The notes beneath the pieces were generated by a model. The model searched no databases, was not told the DNA's origin, and saw nothing but the letters and a program-made list of their open reading frames with translations. Made by a program: the position numbers and the translations under genes. A stretch of DNA of 63,343 nt, counting the filler, from Octopus bimaculoides (taxonomy: Eukaryota): NCBI RefSeq assembly GCF_001194135.2. It is 5 parts of 5 records of this genome, joined end to end, with 100 filler letters (N's around TTAATTAATTAA, not from the genome) between each part and the next. Parts side by side here need not be neighbours in the genome. Positions count along the whole stretch, not along the records: positions 23,144 to 39,700 come from NC_068990.1; 4 more parts are not named here. One strand, given 5' to 3'. Each line of letters begins with the position of its first letter. The first letter of the stretch is position 1. Shown here one piece after another: positions 24,945 through 37,291 of this stretch.

Positions 24945-25320
24945 TTACTCAAAATAGTTGCCCTCAGCCTCCATAACGACCTCAATGCAGCTCCGGAACC
25001 CGGCGTATGCATTTCTCATTTTGTCCCTGGGAAGATACTGGAACACCTCCTTGATCTTAGCCACAAGGCTGGCCTTGGCATTGCAAGCAGAGCACTTGGT
25101 GTCTTTCTCAACTGCACCCCACACATAGTAATCCATCGTATCCCAATCAGAGTAACATGGATGGCGTAGTGGTAGAAATTCCCCGACGGCTTCTTCTGAC
25201 TCTTCCCAAGAGTATGAAAAGGTGACGAATCCTGCTTTCACGCATATGGTCTCCCAGCACCTTTCTCCAGTCAGAAATTGATCACAGTGACCAACAGTTT
25301 CACGTGGCTTGCTGGTTTGA
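24945..25320 (-). pseudogene. mariner/maT-like (DD..D) transposase C-terminal fragment
   Basis: ...SDWDTMDYYVWGAVEKDT...LVAKIKEVF..LPRD..RNAYAGFRSCIEVVMEAEGNYFE*, matching the SPDxNPLDYxVW motif and typical C-terminus. Confidence 0.7.
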
Positions 25321-25334
25321 AGCTTAGGATCTGT

Positions 25335-25820
25335 TCAAAGACGCTTATTCTGTCCCTTCCAGCTAGCCACGTTTTTGTTGAAAGACGTTTGCCCTGTCCC
25401 TTCCAGCTAGCCACGTTTTTGTTGAAAGACGCTTATTCTGTCTCTTCCTGCTAACGNNNNNNNNNNNNNNNNNNNNNNNNNNNNNNNNNNNNNNNNNNNN
25501 NNNNNNNNNNNNNNNNNNNNNNNNNNNNNNNNNNNNNNNNNNNNNNNNNNNNNNNNNNNNNGAAAGACGTTTGCCCTGTCCCTTCCAGCTAGCCACGTTT
25601 TTGTTGAAAGACGCTTATTCTGTCTCTTCCTGCTAACGACGCCTTTGTTCAAAGACGTTTGCCCTGTCCCTTCCAGCTAGTCACGTTTTTGTTGAAAGAC
25701 GCTTATTCTGTCCCTTCCTGCTAACCACGCCTTTGTTCAAAGACGTTTGCCCTGTCTCTTCCAGATAGCCACGTTTTTGTTGAAAGACGTTTGTTCTGTC
25801 TCTTCCTGCTGTCCACGTTT
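25335..25820. repeat. Minisatellite of 44-bp A/B monomers forming an ~88-bp higher-order repeat
   Basis: A: AAAGACGTTTGCCCTGTCCCTTCCAGCTAGCCACGTTTTTGTTG; B: AAAGACGCTTATTCTGTCTCTTCCTGCTAACGACGCCTTTGTTC, alternating. Confidence 0.9.
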
Positions 25821-26404
25821 TTGTAGTATCCGTTTCAGTTGTCTATGTCATGTCTTACAGTTTTACGGTGTTCAGAAACATTGAATGGCAGCCATGATGT
25901 CGACATTTTGATACATGGCAAGAACCATCAAACTAAAGATAATACTTTTTCCAGTATTAGAAGACTCTCAACTACAACATTAACCTTTATGCTCTCCAAA
26001 GTTGTTGACTGTTCAACAACAATACGACAAGTAGTTCCTGCAAACAGGGGACTTAAAAATCATATGATTTAGCCCGAACAGCCTCTATATATGTGTGGGT
26101 GTGTGCGTGCGTATGCCTATATGTATGCCTGTGTGTATATGTATATCTTAGTATTTGTATTTGTTCAGCAACATCTCTCGAAAGTAACTGTTGGTTTGGT
26201 TACGTCCCCGTAATTTAACGGTTCGGCAGAGCAGGCCGATACCGATCGGCAGACCTATACAGTTTGGCAGAGCACAACCATACAAAATTAAGTACAAATG
26301 GTGATTTCTCTTGACTAAACTCTGGAAGGCGGTACTACAGCATGGCCGCAATTTATTGGCTTGAACAAGTGAAAGATAAATTAAACGTACAAATAAAGGA
26401 GTGC

Positions 26405-26605
26405 GTGGACAGGGTGAGGGAAATGTGGTCATGTGGTGGTGTTGGGTGATATGAATGCGCAAGTGGGAAATGAGGAAGTAGAAAATGTAGTTGGTAAATA
26501 TGGAGTTCCTGGTCGGAACGAGAGTGGAGGGAGGTTGCTGGAAATATGTATGGAGCAGGAGTTGGTGGTGGGGAATAGTCTTTTAAAAAGTGGGAGAAAA
26601 ACACA
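26405..26605 (+). pseudogene. RTE-clade LINE APE endonuclease fragment
   Basis: HVVVLGDMNAQVGNEEVENVVGKYGVPGRNESGGRLLEICMEQELVVGNS. Confidence 0.85.
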
Positions 26606-26899
26606 ATGAAGGGTGGAGAGCTGGAATATTAGTGGGAAGCACAACATTTACTGAGCATGCAATGCAAATTGTTGAGTGGAGATATAATTTATTGCGTGTG
26701 CAACGATCAATAATCATTAATTGTTTTCAAATAGTTGAGAGACCTATTATGAATTAGTCTATTTCACCAAGTGACGTTGATACCATTCTTTCACGATGAA
26801 TAAAATTCAATCTCCAACAATTTCTTCAATTTATTTTATTTGCGTATTTACTGATGCTTATTAAAATTTTGTACAATAATTCCAGAAGTGGTTAATCCT

Positions 26900-28560
26900 G
26901 ATGAGAAACACTTTAAACTAGACATTAATAAAGTGTTTACACTGAACTTTAAGCATTTCGTCTTTGCTGTTTCCAAAAGTAACTTTGGTTAAGTAAATCT
27001 TTCAACGTAATTTCTTGATAATACAGATTTGCACTGGCAGTTGTGGAATATGTATAGAAATATCACAGAAAACAAATTTCTTACATCTGAAGAGAATTAC
27101 TTTGAGGAATAATTTCTTCACTGCGAATAAATTTAGTCGTTCTCTAGCATCTGTAACAGGACGTACACAATTTCATTTACAGTCTAGAAACTCTGAAATG
27201 TAATTGCTTTCATTCTAATATTTTCGACTGACATTGTATTTTCTCGTAATAGTTTCACCACATTCGCCAATTCTTGATTCTCTACATTTAGTAATCTTGT
27301 GAAAACCAAAATGCTAATAGGAATTTACGAGCATATTATTGTCTGCAAATATTGATTGCACAGGAGGCACGTTCACATGTGAATGTGTATTTACGATTAT
27401 CCACTTCTAAAGCTTCTATGTTATTTCTTTCTTTGTTGTATATTCTTTGTTCTCTTATCAAATGCACGGCCATCTGTACAACCGCGTGTGATTAGCCAGG
27501 CATTTTGAATTCTTTGAGTTGTGACATTACTTCAAGAGCATTTATATCCTTGGCATTGACATTCTCTGAGTTCTCGGCTTCCATTTATTTCGTCAATTTG
27601 AACATTGACACAATGGTATCTGTTGTGTATATACTTAAAGATGCATTTGACTGATTCTCTGAAGAACTTATTCCTTTATTTGATATCGTAGTTAACATCG
27701 AAGGTAAGCTGTGTGCTGGACGGAATGCCTTACATACACAGCAATATAACTTTGTTAATTTTTTTGTGTTCATCATTTTTTATACGGTGGCTATTCGAAA
27801 ACTGTTTGCAAAAGAATGCATCTTGAAATCATTAAAGAAACATTTACGATATTAATTATTCCCTTTGTATTGTGTATCAGACTATATATTACCGCAAGAA
27901 CTTCAATCATGTATTTGATAAAGGCTTCATAAAATACTGGTCATTTATATAGATTAAGTGGTTTGATCACAAGGCTAAATCTAGATTCTTCTGGTTATTA
28001 AATGTAACTTCCTTGTCCCATTATTAGAGATATGAGCCTGGGGGTAAAACCGTTGCATCTGGAATTCAATAATTACAAACATAAGCTATTTCGAAAGTGA
28101 TATTCTTGAGGTCATTGTTCAGTGTAGTTCTTACTTTCATCTTGAAATTTGTTGCAACACTACGATGTCGCTGATAAGGAAATTGTCTAGGAATTTCATT
28201 GCAAGAAGTAATCTGTTTCGCAGCCGTAAATAAATCTGGTTTTCTAAACTCTTTCATTATAGACACGGCATTATATTTAGCGAGTTCTTTATAAATTAAC
28301 TTGAATATATCTGAAATGATGATAAGAAATTTACTGTGCCATCAGCAACATGAGCCAAATGGTCGTTATGTTTGTGATACTCGTTAAACTGAGATGTTGT
28401 TCACATCTGCTTATACTGTTTTTTGGACAAAGCTGTAAAGCAAGAGAAAATAGATCGTTGATTTCTTGCGATTATCTTCTTCCTTCCTGCTCGGTATGGC
28501 CATTTTCTTATTATTGGCATTTACGTAATGTTTGATTTTTAATAACTCGTTGCATACTTT
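26900..28560 (-). pseudogene. Unidentified decayed coding-like tract
   Basis: Repeat-free; long protein-like frames broken by isolated stops and frameshifts; no family recognised. Confidence 0.35.
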
Positions 28561-28749
28561 AAAAAAATAGAGAAGAAATGTTGACTGATGTTTTTATAGT
28601 TTACAGTTATTTCCATTGTTCTTCTCGTTTTCTATCTTAGCTTTCTTTTCTTGTTTTAATCACCACCACAACCACCACCACTTTTCATTCAAATTTCGAG
28701 TGATCGTAGCCAATGAGAGTTGTCCAGTGATATTTAGGTAGTAAGGCAG

Positions 28750-28960
28750 TGGATCCCTGTGAGTTACTTGAGAGACATATTATGAATTAAATAGTCATTC
28801 GTATTAAAAATCAAAGATCATCAATTATTTACATTAATACTTAATATTAAATATTAAAAAGAAGGCTTACTACTATTAACGAAATTGTGAAGGAAATAAG
28901 AGGGAATAGAAAAAATACAAAAGAAACGAACAGAAAATGTTGCGAATGAACATTTAACCA
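28750..28960. repeat. Dispersed repeat, paralogous to 30230-30420
   Basis: Shared GGATCCCT.TGAG...ATGAATTAAATAG.CATTCG...TTTACATTAATACTT.ATATTAAATATTAAAA...ACGAAATTG.GAAG. Confidence 0.7.
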
Positions 28961-30137
28961 GAAAATTGAGAGTATGTAAAGAGATAATAAACAAAAAACG
29001 GAATGATTTATGTATAATGAGATACATTATAGCAAGCAGCAATTACATTTTTTAATGAAATTCTAATCAGCATGAAAAAAAGTAAATATTTATAGATCAT
29101 CTTTTCCGTTCCTTGTGAAAAATGAAAAACATTCAGTTGGAAAGATTTACTTTTCGGACAATAAATCACAAAAAAGGATAATAATAATTAATAGATGATT
29201 AATTCTATGGAGCCAAACCGAGATGATATTTCGAAAATAATTTTATTTATTGAAAAAATAAATATATGATATGCACTTCCCAATTTCGAAATGTAGTGAT
29301 AAAAGAAATATTTTAAATACAGAAAAGCAAACCGTTGCATATAAAAAGCCATTCAACAATGTATGTAATAAAATTTAGAGAAAAAAGTAAAACTTACTTC
29401 TACTTAACAAAAGACAAATAATTCACCATAAAGAAATAAATTCTACTAATATCCAATCATAAAATGTTTTTATGTCAGCAAGAATGAAAGTGCGAACTTA
29501 TTCGTGTAGTTCCGATTCGGAAAGCGGGAAATATGTAACAAAACCGATCTCAGGTTGCGGATTTATTTCTTCATAACAAGCAATAAGTGTCTTTATTTAC
29601 GTAACAGTTTGCTGAGAAAACTGACTATAATGTGAACTCTCACGGAAAATATATGCAATAACCAAAATTAAAATTGACATGGAAATTATGTGTGCGTGTG
29701 TGTATCTTTACAGATATATACACACGTATACAGGTGATATTTATAGATAATATTTACATATATATGTGTGTATATATACATATCGGAAAGTACATGCGTG
29801 CCTGTGGGTGTGAGAGTGAGTTCGTGGGGGGAGAACTCGTGAGAGCGAGTGTAGCTAATTGCATTTCGAATACACATACGTTTTTACTTTCCAGCCCGGT
29901 TATAAAGTGGTCGCACGGTGGCAACTTAAGGCAATCAGTAATGCCAAGTGCAAAACATTTTCTACAAAATCTCATATTTTCCCCGATCTGTTTGCCCCCA
30001 TTACAACATTCGGTATAATAAATTCCCAAGCACGAACAACGCGCATGCCCATCTAGATACTATTTGGCACTTAAATAGTTGCATTCATTGATTATCCCTT
30101 TGCCTAAAATCTTGTTTGTGCGAACAAAATTATCGTA

Positions 30138-30715
30138 TTCCAAATTTTGGCACAAGGCCAGCAATTTCGGATGAGGGGCTTGAGTCGATTACATCAACAC
30201 CACAGTTCTGTTGGTACTTCTGTGAGGCATTGGATCCCTATGAGGTAGTTGAGACATATGAATTAAATAGCCATTCGCTTTAAAGATCAAAACAGATCAG
30301 TAATAATTTACATTAATACTTGATATTAAATATTAAAACAAGGAATTGCCATTATTGACGAAATTGCGAAGAAATTAAAAAGGAAAAAGCAAAAATGCAA
30401 AAGGAATGAGATGAAATGCAAAGTTGTCCCTTCAGCGTTTGAACTTGAAATATACAGACGTACGAAATACTGCGAAGCATTTTATCCGGCACAGTAGCGA
30501 TTCTGCCCGTTCGACAACTTTTTTTCTGATTTGGTACATGGATAAGTTCGAAAAAGGGAGCAAGTCGATTACATAGGTCCCAACGTTTAACTGGTACTTA
30601 TTTATCGATCACAAAATGATGAAAAGTAAACTCGCACCTGGCGGCATTTGAACTCATGATGGAAGGACCGATGAAATGCCGGTAGGCATCTTGTCGGGCG
30701 CGGTGCTGCCTTTTT
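30138..30715 (-). mobile_element. SINE family 2 pieces (30138-30220 plus 30425-30515, split by an insertion; second copy 30557-30715)
   Basis: Tail CAAATTTTGGCACAAGGCCAGCAATTTCG; head GAAATACTGCGAAGCATTTT...GATTCTGCC. Confidence 0.6.
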
Positions 30716-33663
30716 CTGAGCCGAAATATCAAAATTAAAATGCTACCTACATAAATGAAAAACCTTCGAAAATGACGAGAATGGAAACGAAATGAATATA
30801 GCGCTGCATATTTTATTAGCTTGTGGTGAAAACAATCACATCCACAAACTACAAACGTTGCAAAAGTATCAAGTAATTGGCCGACGTATCGTATTTGATG
30901 GCATAAAACACATACGACTATATTACGCCCAAATTTCAGCAAAGAATTTTCAGGTGAAATTGGCTTTAGTGGAAATGAAGTTTATGTGATACCCAAATTC
31001 TTATACAGCACTGAGGGTGATATATTGAGAAACTTATTTTGAAAAAGAAGCTAGCTTACATGCCATCAAATACAGAATGTATTTTCAATATAGGTAGAAT
31101 ATCCAGCAAAATCACTGCAGGTTTCTATAGCGTTCGTTCACATTCTATATTTACTGCTTTACCAAACGTGGCTGTATGATATCTATTCGCGAATCGTATG
31201 CTTTATATATATAAAAAAAATTATATTTTTCTGATGTACACAAGGTACAATATTATGTTTATTTTTTTAATACACTTTATATATTTAAAAAATATTGAAT
31301 TTAGTTTACATTTTTCTCATAATGTTTGTCTAAATAGCCCCCAGCCTTTGTCCATATATATTTGTCTGTGTGTAAATGTATGTATACGAATATACACGTA
31401 TACATATATTCAGGAACAAAAGAGTACCAATTTTTATATACACGTAGACAAACACACACACACGCTCATGTATATATACTCACAGGTACATTGGATGGAT
31501 GTATACGTATATAAATATATGCAGTCATGGATACACACATATGCAAACAGCCACACACACTCCAAAATTGCCCAAGCACAGATACTTCTAGTTAAGGACA
31601 TAAACACGTAGATAGACCTCTAGAGATATATTTACACGCATACGTACATATACATACGTGTATATATATATATATATATATATNNNNNNNNNNNNNNNNN
31701 NNNNNNNNNNNNNNNNNNNNNNNNNNNNNNNNNNNNNNNNNNNNNNNNNNNNNNNNNNNNNNNNNNNNNNNNNNNNNNNNNNNNNNNNNNNNNNNNNNNN
31801 NNNNNNNNNNNNNNNNNNNNNNNNNNNNNNNNNNNNNNNNNNNNNNNNNNNNNNNNNNNNNNNNNNNNNNNNNNNNNNNNNNNNNNNNNNNNNNNNNNNN
31901 NNNNNNNNNNNNNNNNNNNNNNNNNNNNNNNNNNNNNNNNNNNNNNNNNNNNNNNNNNNNNNNNNNNNNNNNNNNNNNNNNNNNNNNNNNNNNNNNNNNN
32001 NNNNNNNNNNNNNNNNNNNNNNNNNNNNNNNNNNNNNNNNNNNNNNNNNNNNNNNNNNNNNNNNNNNNNNNNNNNNNNNNNNNNNNNNNNNNNNNNNNNN
32101 NNNNNNNNNNNNNNNNNNNNNNNNNNNNNNNNNNNNNNNNNNNNNNNNNNNNNNNNNNNNNNNNNNNNNNNNNNNNNNNNNNNNNNNNNNNNNNNNNNNN
32201 NNNNNNNNNNNNNNNNNNNNNNNNNNNNNNNNNNNNNNNNNNNNNNNNNNNNNNNNNNNNNNNNNNNNNNNNNNNNNNNNNNNNNNNNNNNNNNNNNNNN
32301 NNNNNNNNNNNNNNNNNNNNNNNNNNNNNNNNNNNNNNNNNNNNNNNNNNNNNNNNNNNNNNNNCGAGATTCAAAGAATTTTTAGCCACAAAAAGCACAT
32401 CTCCCGTTTAATGCTGGTGAATTATTTCTCTTTTCCTTTTGAACTCCGTCTGTCCACCTTAATCTTATATAATAAAATAGTGTGTGAGTGTGTGTGAGTG
32501 CGTGTATGTATGTTCTTTATGGATTCGAAAACTAAGTTGTTGATTTTGACGTATGGGGTATCAAAAGATTAAGTAACCAATCGGGTACCAAATTGAGGAT
32601 GATTTTTGCACAACAACACTTTCTTACTACAAAAGTAACCACTAAAACTAGGTCGGGTCGCACTATTTTGAAGTTTTTAGCTAAGGGAGGCAATGTTGTC
32701 TGAACAATTTTTATTCTGAGATCGTAAGGACAAGATGTTTAAAATACATGGATTTTACCAGGGACTGAAACTTCGAAGTTATGCCAACTTTATTTGTATG
32801 ATTTAGTTGATAATCTTTTAACGTGAAGTATGTTTGTCTGTATTTTGTTTAGCCCATAGCTGCCTCTGATGGAGCAGACCCATCGCATATTTGTTTGTTT
32901 TCTCCTGAAATACTGCAAGACAGTCTTCCTTTTTTCTTTTTTATTAAAGCGCGTTTTTCTTAAGAGAGATTTGGCTACTATTTGTAGTAGCTCAATTTAC
33001 CACAGATACACCTGTTCATACGTGTGTGTGTGCGTGTGTGTTTTGTGTGTGTTAGTTTTAGTGTGCTTAAAAACACCTTTTTCTCAGAGTATTTTACACG
33101 AATCTAGACATCTTTCTTACTGCTAGCCATTCAGCTTCAAATTGCAATTGTTAATTGTTGGAAGTCAAGGAGACTAACATATACATATAGTGTTATGGTA
33201 TTGAGTGCAAGTTCAATACGAAGTTTTGAACTCACTATCTTGAAATTAATAATCCATTACCTTAAATTTGACGCCAATAAGTTTTAAACATTTTACTAGG
33301 TTTAGTCTTCCGACTGTAGCCATGATGGTGTATCTCCTTCAAAAATTTAATTGATCATACTCTCTACGTATTTCAATCTGGCATTCATCTTATAGATCTC
33401 TGCTTGATGAACTGATAACTTTGAGACATAGTGGGACACAATACTCAATTTAACAGCAAATGTAAACACACACACATATAAGGTACTAGAATGACTATGT
33501 GGTTGAGACGTTTGCGTTCTAACCACATGGTTCCACGTTCAATCCCACTGCATGGTATTTTGGGCAAGTGTTTTTCTACTATAGCTCTAAGCCAACAACA
33601 GACTTTTGACTGAATTTTGTTCACGAAAACTGCAGCGTTGTTCACAAGAAAATGACCAAAAAT

Positions 33664-33737
<74 letters not shown>

Positions 33738-35665
33738 TGAAATTTTGAATTTAGTTCGCGGACCCCCAGTACTACCTATGCAGATAATCAAGGTTCCGCT
33801 GACCCCAGGTTGGGATTCACTTCTATAAAATTTTGTTTTTAATCACGAAAGCATATATTTTATTATATACAGATACAAGTACATACACACTGATAGTTTC
33901 AACACAAATACAGACACAATTGCAAACAAGGTCAGAATGAACAATATCGTGTCTCAAACAAGAACGAAAGAATAACAAGTGATTGTCTTACTCTCTCTCA
34001 CATCGCTGTGACTCAAAGTGCTAGAAATAGCAACGAGAGCAACTGATATTAAATACAGAGCATTGAATTCTTTGCTTTAAAGAAGAAAGGACACATTGTA
34101 ACATTTGGTGCTAGATATACAAAAAGACTGCAAGGTAGTCATGAATTGAATAGTTAGCATCATAATATCTCCATCTTGTAAATCACGATTGATCATATAA
34201 CAATACGCTGTAATTAATCACAATATACAAAACACAATATCAATGCCATGTGCTGCAACAATACGTTGCCGCTAGGGCTTCCATACATGATTAGACAGAC
34301 ACATATATACATGCATTACTTCACACACACACTGACACAAATACACACACAGACAATTATATACGTGTGCGTACGCATGTGTGTGTGAGCGAGAATGTAT
34401 GGAAATGTGTAAGGGAAGAAATGAAAATAAGTAGCTCCTAACACATATACTGTTATATAGTGATATGAAACTTATTCAACATGTTGTTAAATGTGTGTTT
34501 GTGTGTGTTTGTGTGTGTGAGTATGTATGTTTGTATTTGTGTCTGTGTCTGTGTTTTCGTGTGCGTCTGTGTCTGCGCGTTTGTGCCTGTGTCTGTGTGT
34601 TTGTATGTATGTCTACGTGTTTGTGTGTATGTGTTAGTTGAAAGAAAATGTTGACAACGTGTTTGGTGTCTGTAAAAAGCCATATTTATAAAAGCCAGTT
34701 TCACAGTTTCATGATTTTCAGAAGGAGGGTGTAATAGATGGACTCAGAACTATACCGAATTTATCTTAACTGGAATATGAAATCTTGTCAATTTTATAGA
34801 GAGTTCACAGTTCATATTGCTATCATTTGGGGGTACAGCTTCGTTTGTTGAAGCATGCCACGAGGACAGAGGGTCATGTCACTGCATCGAAATATTTGCG
34901 GCAAATCTTACTATAATTTTTCAATGAATATAATATTTGGCATCATCGATAGCAATTGTGTGTTATGTAATTATATTAGATTATATGATAGTAGAAATGG
35001 TAATTATACCAAAAGTCAATCCTATGTTAAGCTAATGAATGCATCACGAAACCACGTAATAGCATGAGCTACCAGTTTTCAGAATTGCTCTAATCAGTTT
35101 AGAAATACATTACATGATTGTATGCAAGTCATAACGAGTTGTTTAAATGGTTGCCTGTGTGTTTACGTGTGACAGTGTGAACTACAACAGTATAATAGCT
35201 CTGTTTGACATATTCTATGTCTTAATCGATCCTGCTTTGTAACTTTATATATAAACAAATTTTTTGTTATATATATAATTCAATATTTGATGCGTGGCTT
35301 TGATAGGACAAGGTAAGGCGAATTGATTTGTATTTTTCTCATAGGTCTACATGTCTACTTTGTGGAATTTGTCTAGCATTAGAATGTCATATTTGTTGTC
35401 TGTGAATGATATATTTGTGTCTGTTTTTCAAGCTGCGTATCAATTTTCTAATAAATTCTTTTTACAAGCCTTATATTTAAAAGCATAAATTCATTCTTTC
35501 AACGATTTTTATAGTTTAAGTACATCTTGATTGAAATTTAAAACAGGTACCTTACATATAATTAGTAGAGGTTTTGCAGTTAGGGATATCGCAGTTTTAC
35601 AAGTTCATCAATCAGTCTTTAATCACCAGTCACAAACAACAGAACGGAAATCCACTACAAACCTA

Positions 35666-36575
35666 TTTTGTGATACTACAAACTACTCCCTATTCAGTCC
35701 TAGTCAGCTAAAATGCATCGAAACATAACCATTTAGCCTAGCACAAACACCAACTTAGTAGTACTCCACGTGCTACACGGGGAAGATCCTCGTGAAAACG
35801 TTGCTCAACAAACTGAATTAGTAATCGCATTTGTAACTCAATGGGGATTTCCAGACCAATAAAAATATATAGTTATAGTGATGTTCTGTCTGCGACAGGT
35901 CCATGAAAATGTGCGAAACCCAGCATGAAATTGTATGAGAGCTTCATTGATATCCTCAAAGAGTTAGACATGATAATATAATCTAGCAGATTATAAAGAA
36001 TGCCAGAAATTTTTGTGATACTACAAACTACTCCCTATTCAGTCCTAGACAGCTAAAATGCATCGAAACATAACCGCTTAGCCTAGCACAAACACCAACT
36101 TAGATGTAAAACGGCCAAACTAACCTCGTTGAATTTACAAGAAAATCGAATTAACAAGAAATGGTATTGAACAAGGAAATAGTATTGAAGTACACAATCT
36201 CATTAAGAATCGATTCTCATGACTTAGCAAAACCCAGATAACTGGACAGAGTTAAAGACTTTTCCTATACTTATAATGGTTGATAAGATTAACGCATGAG
36301 CTACGAAAGTAGTACTCCACGTGCTACACGGGGAAAATCCTCGTGAAAACGTTGCTCAACAAACTGAATTAGTAATCGCATTTGTAACTCAATGGGGATT
36401 TCCAGACCAATAAAAATATATAGTTATAGTGATGTTCTGTCTGCGACAGGTCCATGAAAATGTGCAAAACACAGCATGAAATTGTATGAGAGCGTCATTG
36501 ATATCCTCAAAGAGTTAGACATGATAATATAATCTAGCAGATTATAAAGAAGGCCAGAATTTTTTTCCGATGTCT
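35666..36575 (+). repeat. Local tandem duplication (345-bp first copy, >550-bp second copy)
   Basis: 35666-35758 = 36011-36103 and 35759-36010 = 36310-36560, near-identical; the first copy lacks ~206 bp. Confidence 0.9.
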
Positions 36576-37258
36576 GAGATATGANNNNNNNNNNNNNNNN
36601 NNNNNNNNNNNNNNNNNNNNNNNNNNNNNNNNNNNNNNNNNNNNNNNNNNNNNNNNNNNNNNNNNNNNNNNNNNNNNNNNNNNNNNNNNNNNNNNNNNNN
36701 NNNNNNNNNNNNNNNNNNNNNNNNNNNNNNNNNNNNNNNNNNNNNNNNNNNNNNNNNNNNNNNNNNNNNNNNNNNNNNNNNNNNNNNNNNNNNNNNNNNN
36801 NNNNNNNNNNNNNNNNNNNNNNNNNNNNNNNNNNNNNNNNNNNNNNNNNNNNNNNNNNNNNNNNNNNNNNNNNNNNNNNNNNNNNNNNNNNNNNNNNNNN
36901 NNNNNNNNNNNNNNNNNNNNNNNNNNNNNNNNNNNNNNNNNNNNNNNNNNNNNNNNNNNNNNNNNNNNNNNNNNNNNNNNNNNNNNNNNNNNNNNNNNNN
37001 NNNNNNNNNNNNNNNNNNNNNNNNNNNNNNNNNNNNNNNNNNNNNNNNNNNNNNNNNNNNNNNNNNNNNNNNNNNNNNNNNNNNNNNNNNNNNNNNNNNN
37101 NNNNNNNNNNNNNNNNNNNNNNNNNNNNNNNNNNNNNNNNNNNNNNNNNNNNNNNNNNNNNNNNNNNNNNNNNNNNNNNNNNNNNNNNNNNNNNNNNNNN
37201 NNNNNNNNNNNNNNNNNNNNNNNNNNNNNNNNNNNNNNNNNNNNNNNNNNNNNNNNNN

Positions 37259-37291
<33 letters not shown>

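Noticed and set aside
25335-25820. CRISPR-like appearance of the 44-bp array
   Set aside because: There are no unique spacers and no cas genes; it is a eukaryotic minisatellite.
30760-31040. 65-aa ORF and adjacent frames
   Set aside because: No recognisable domain or splice context.
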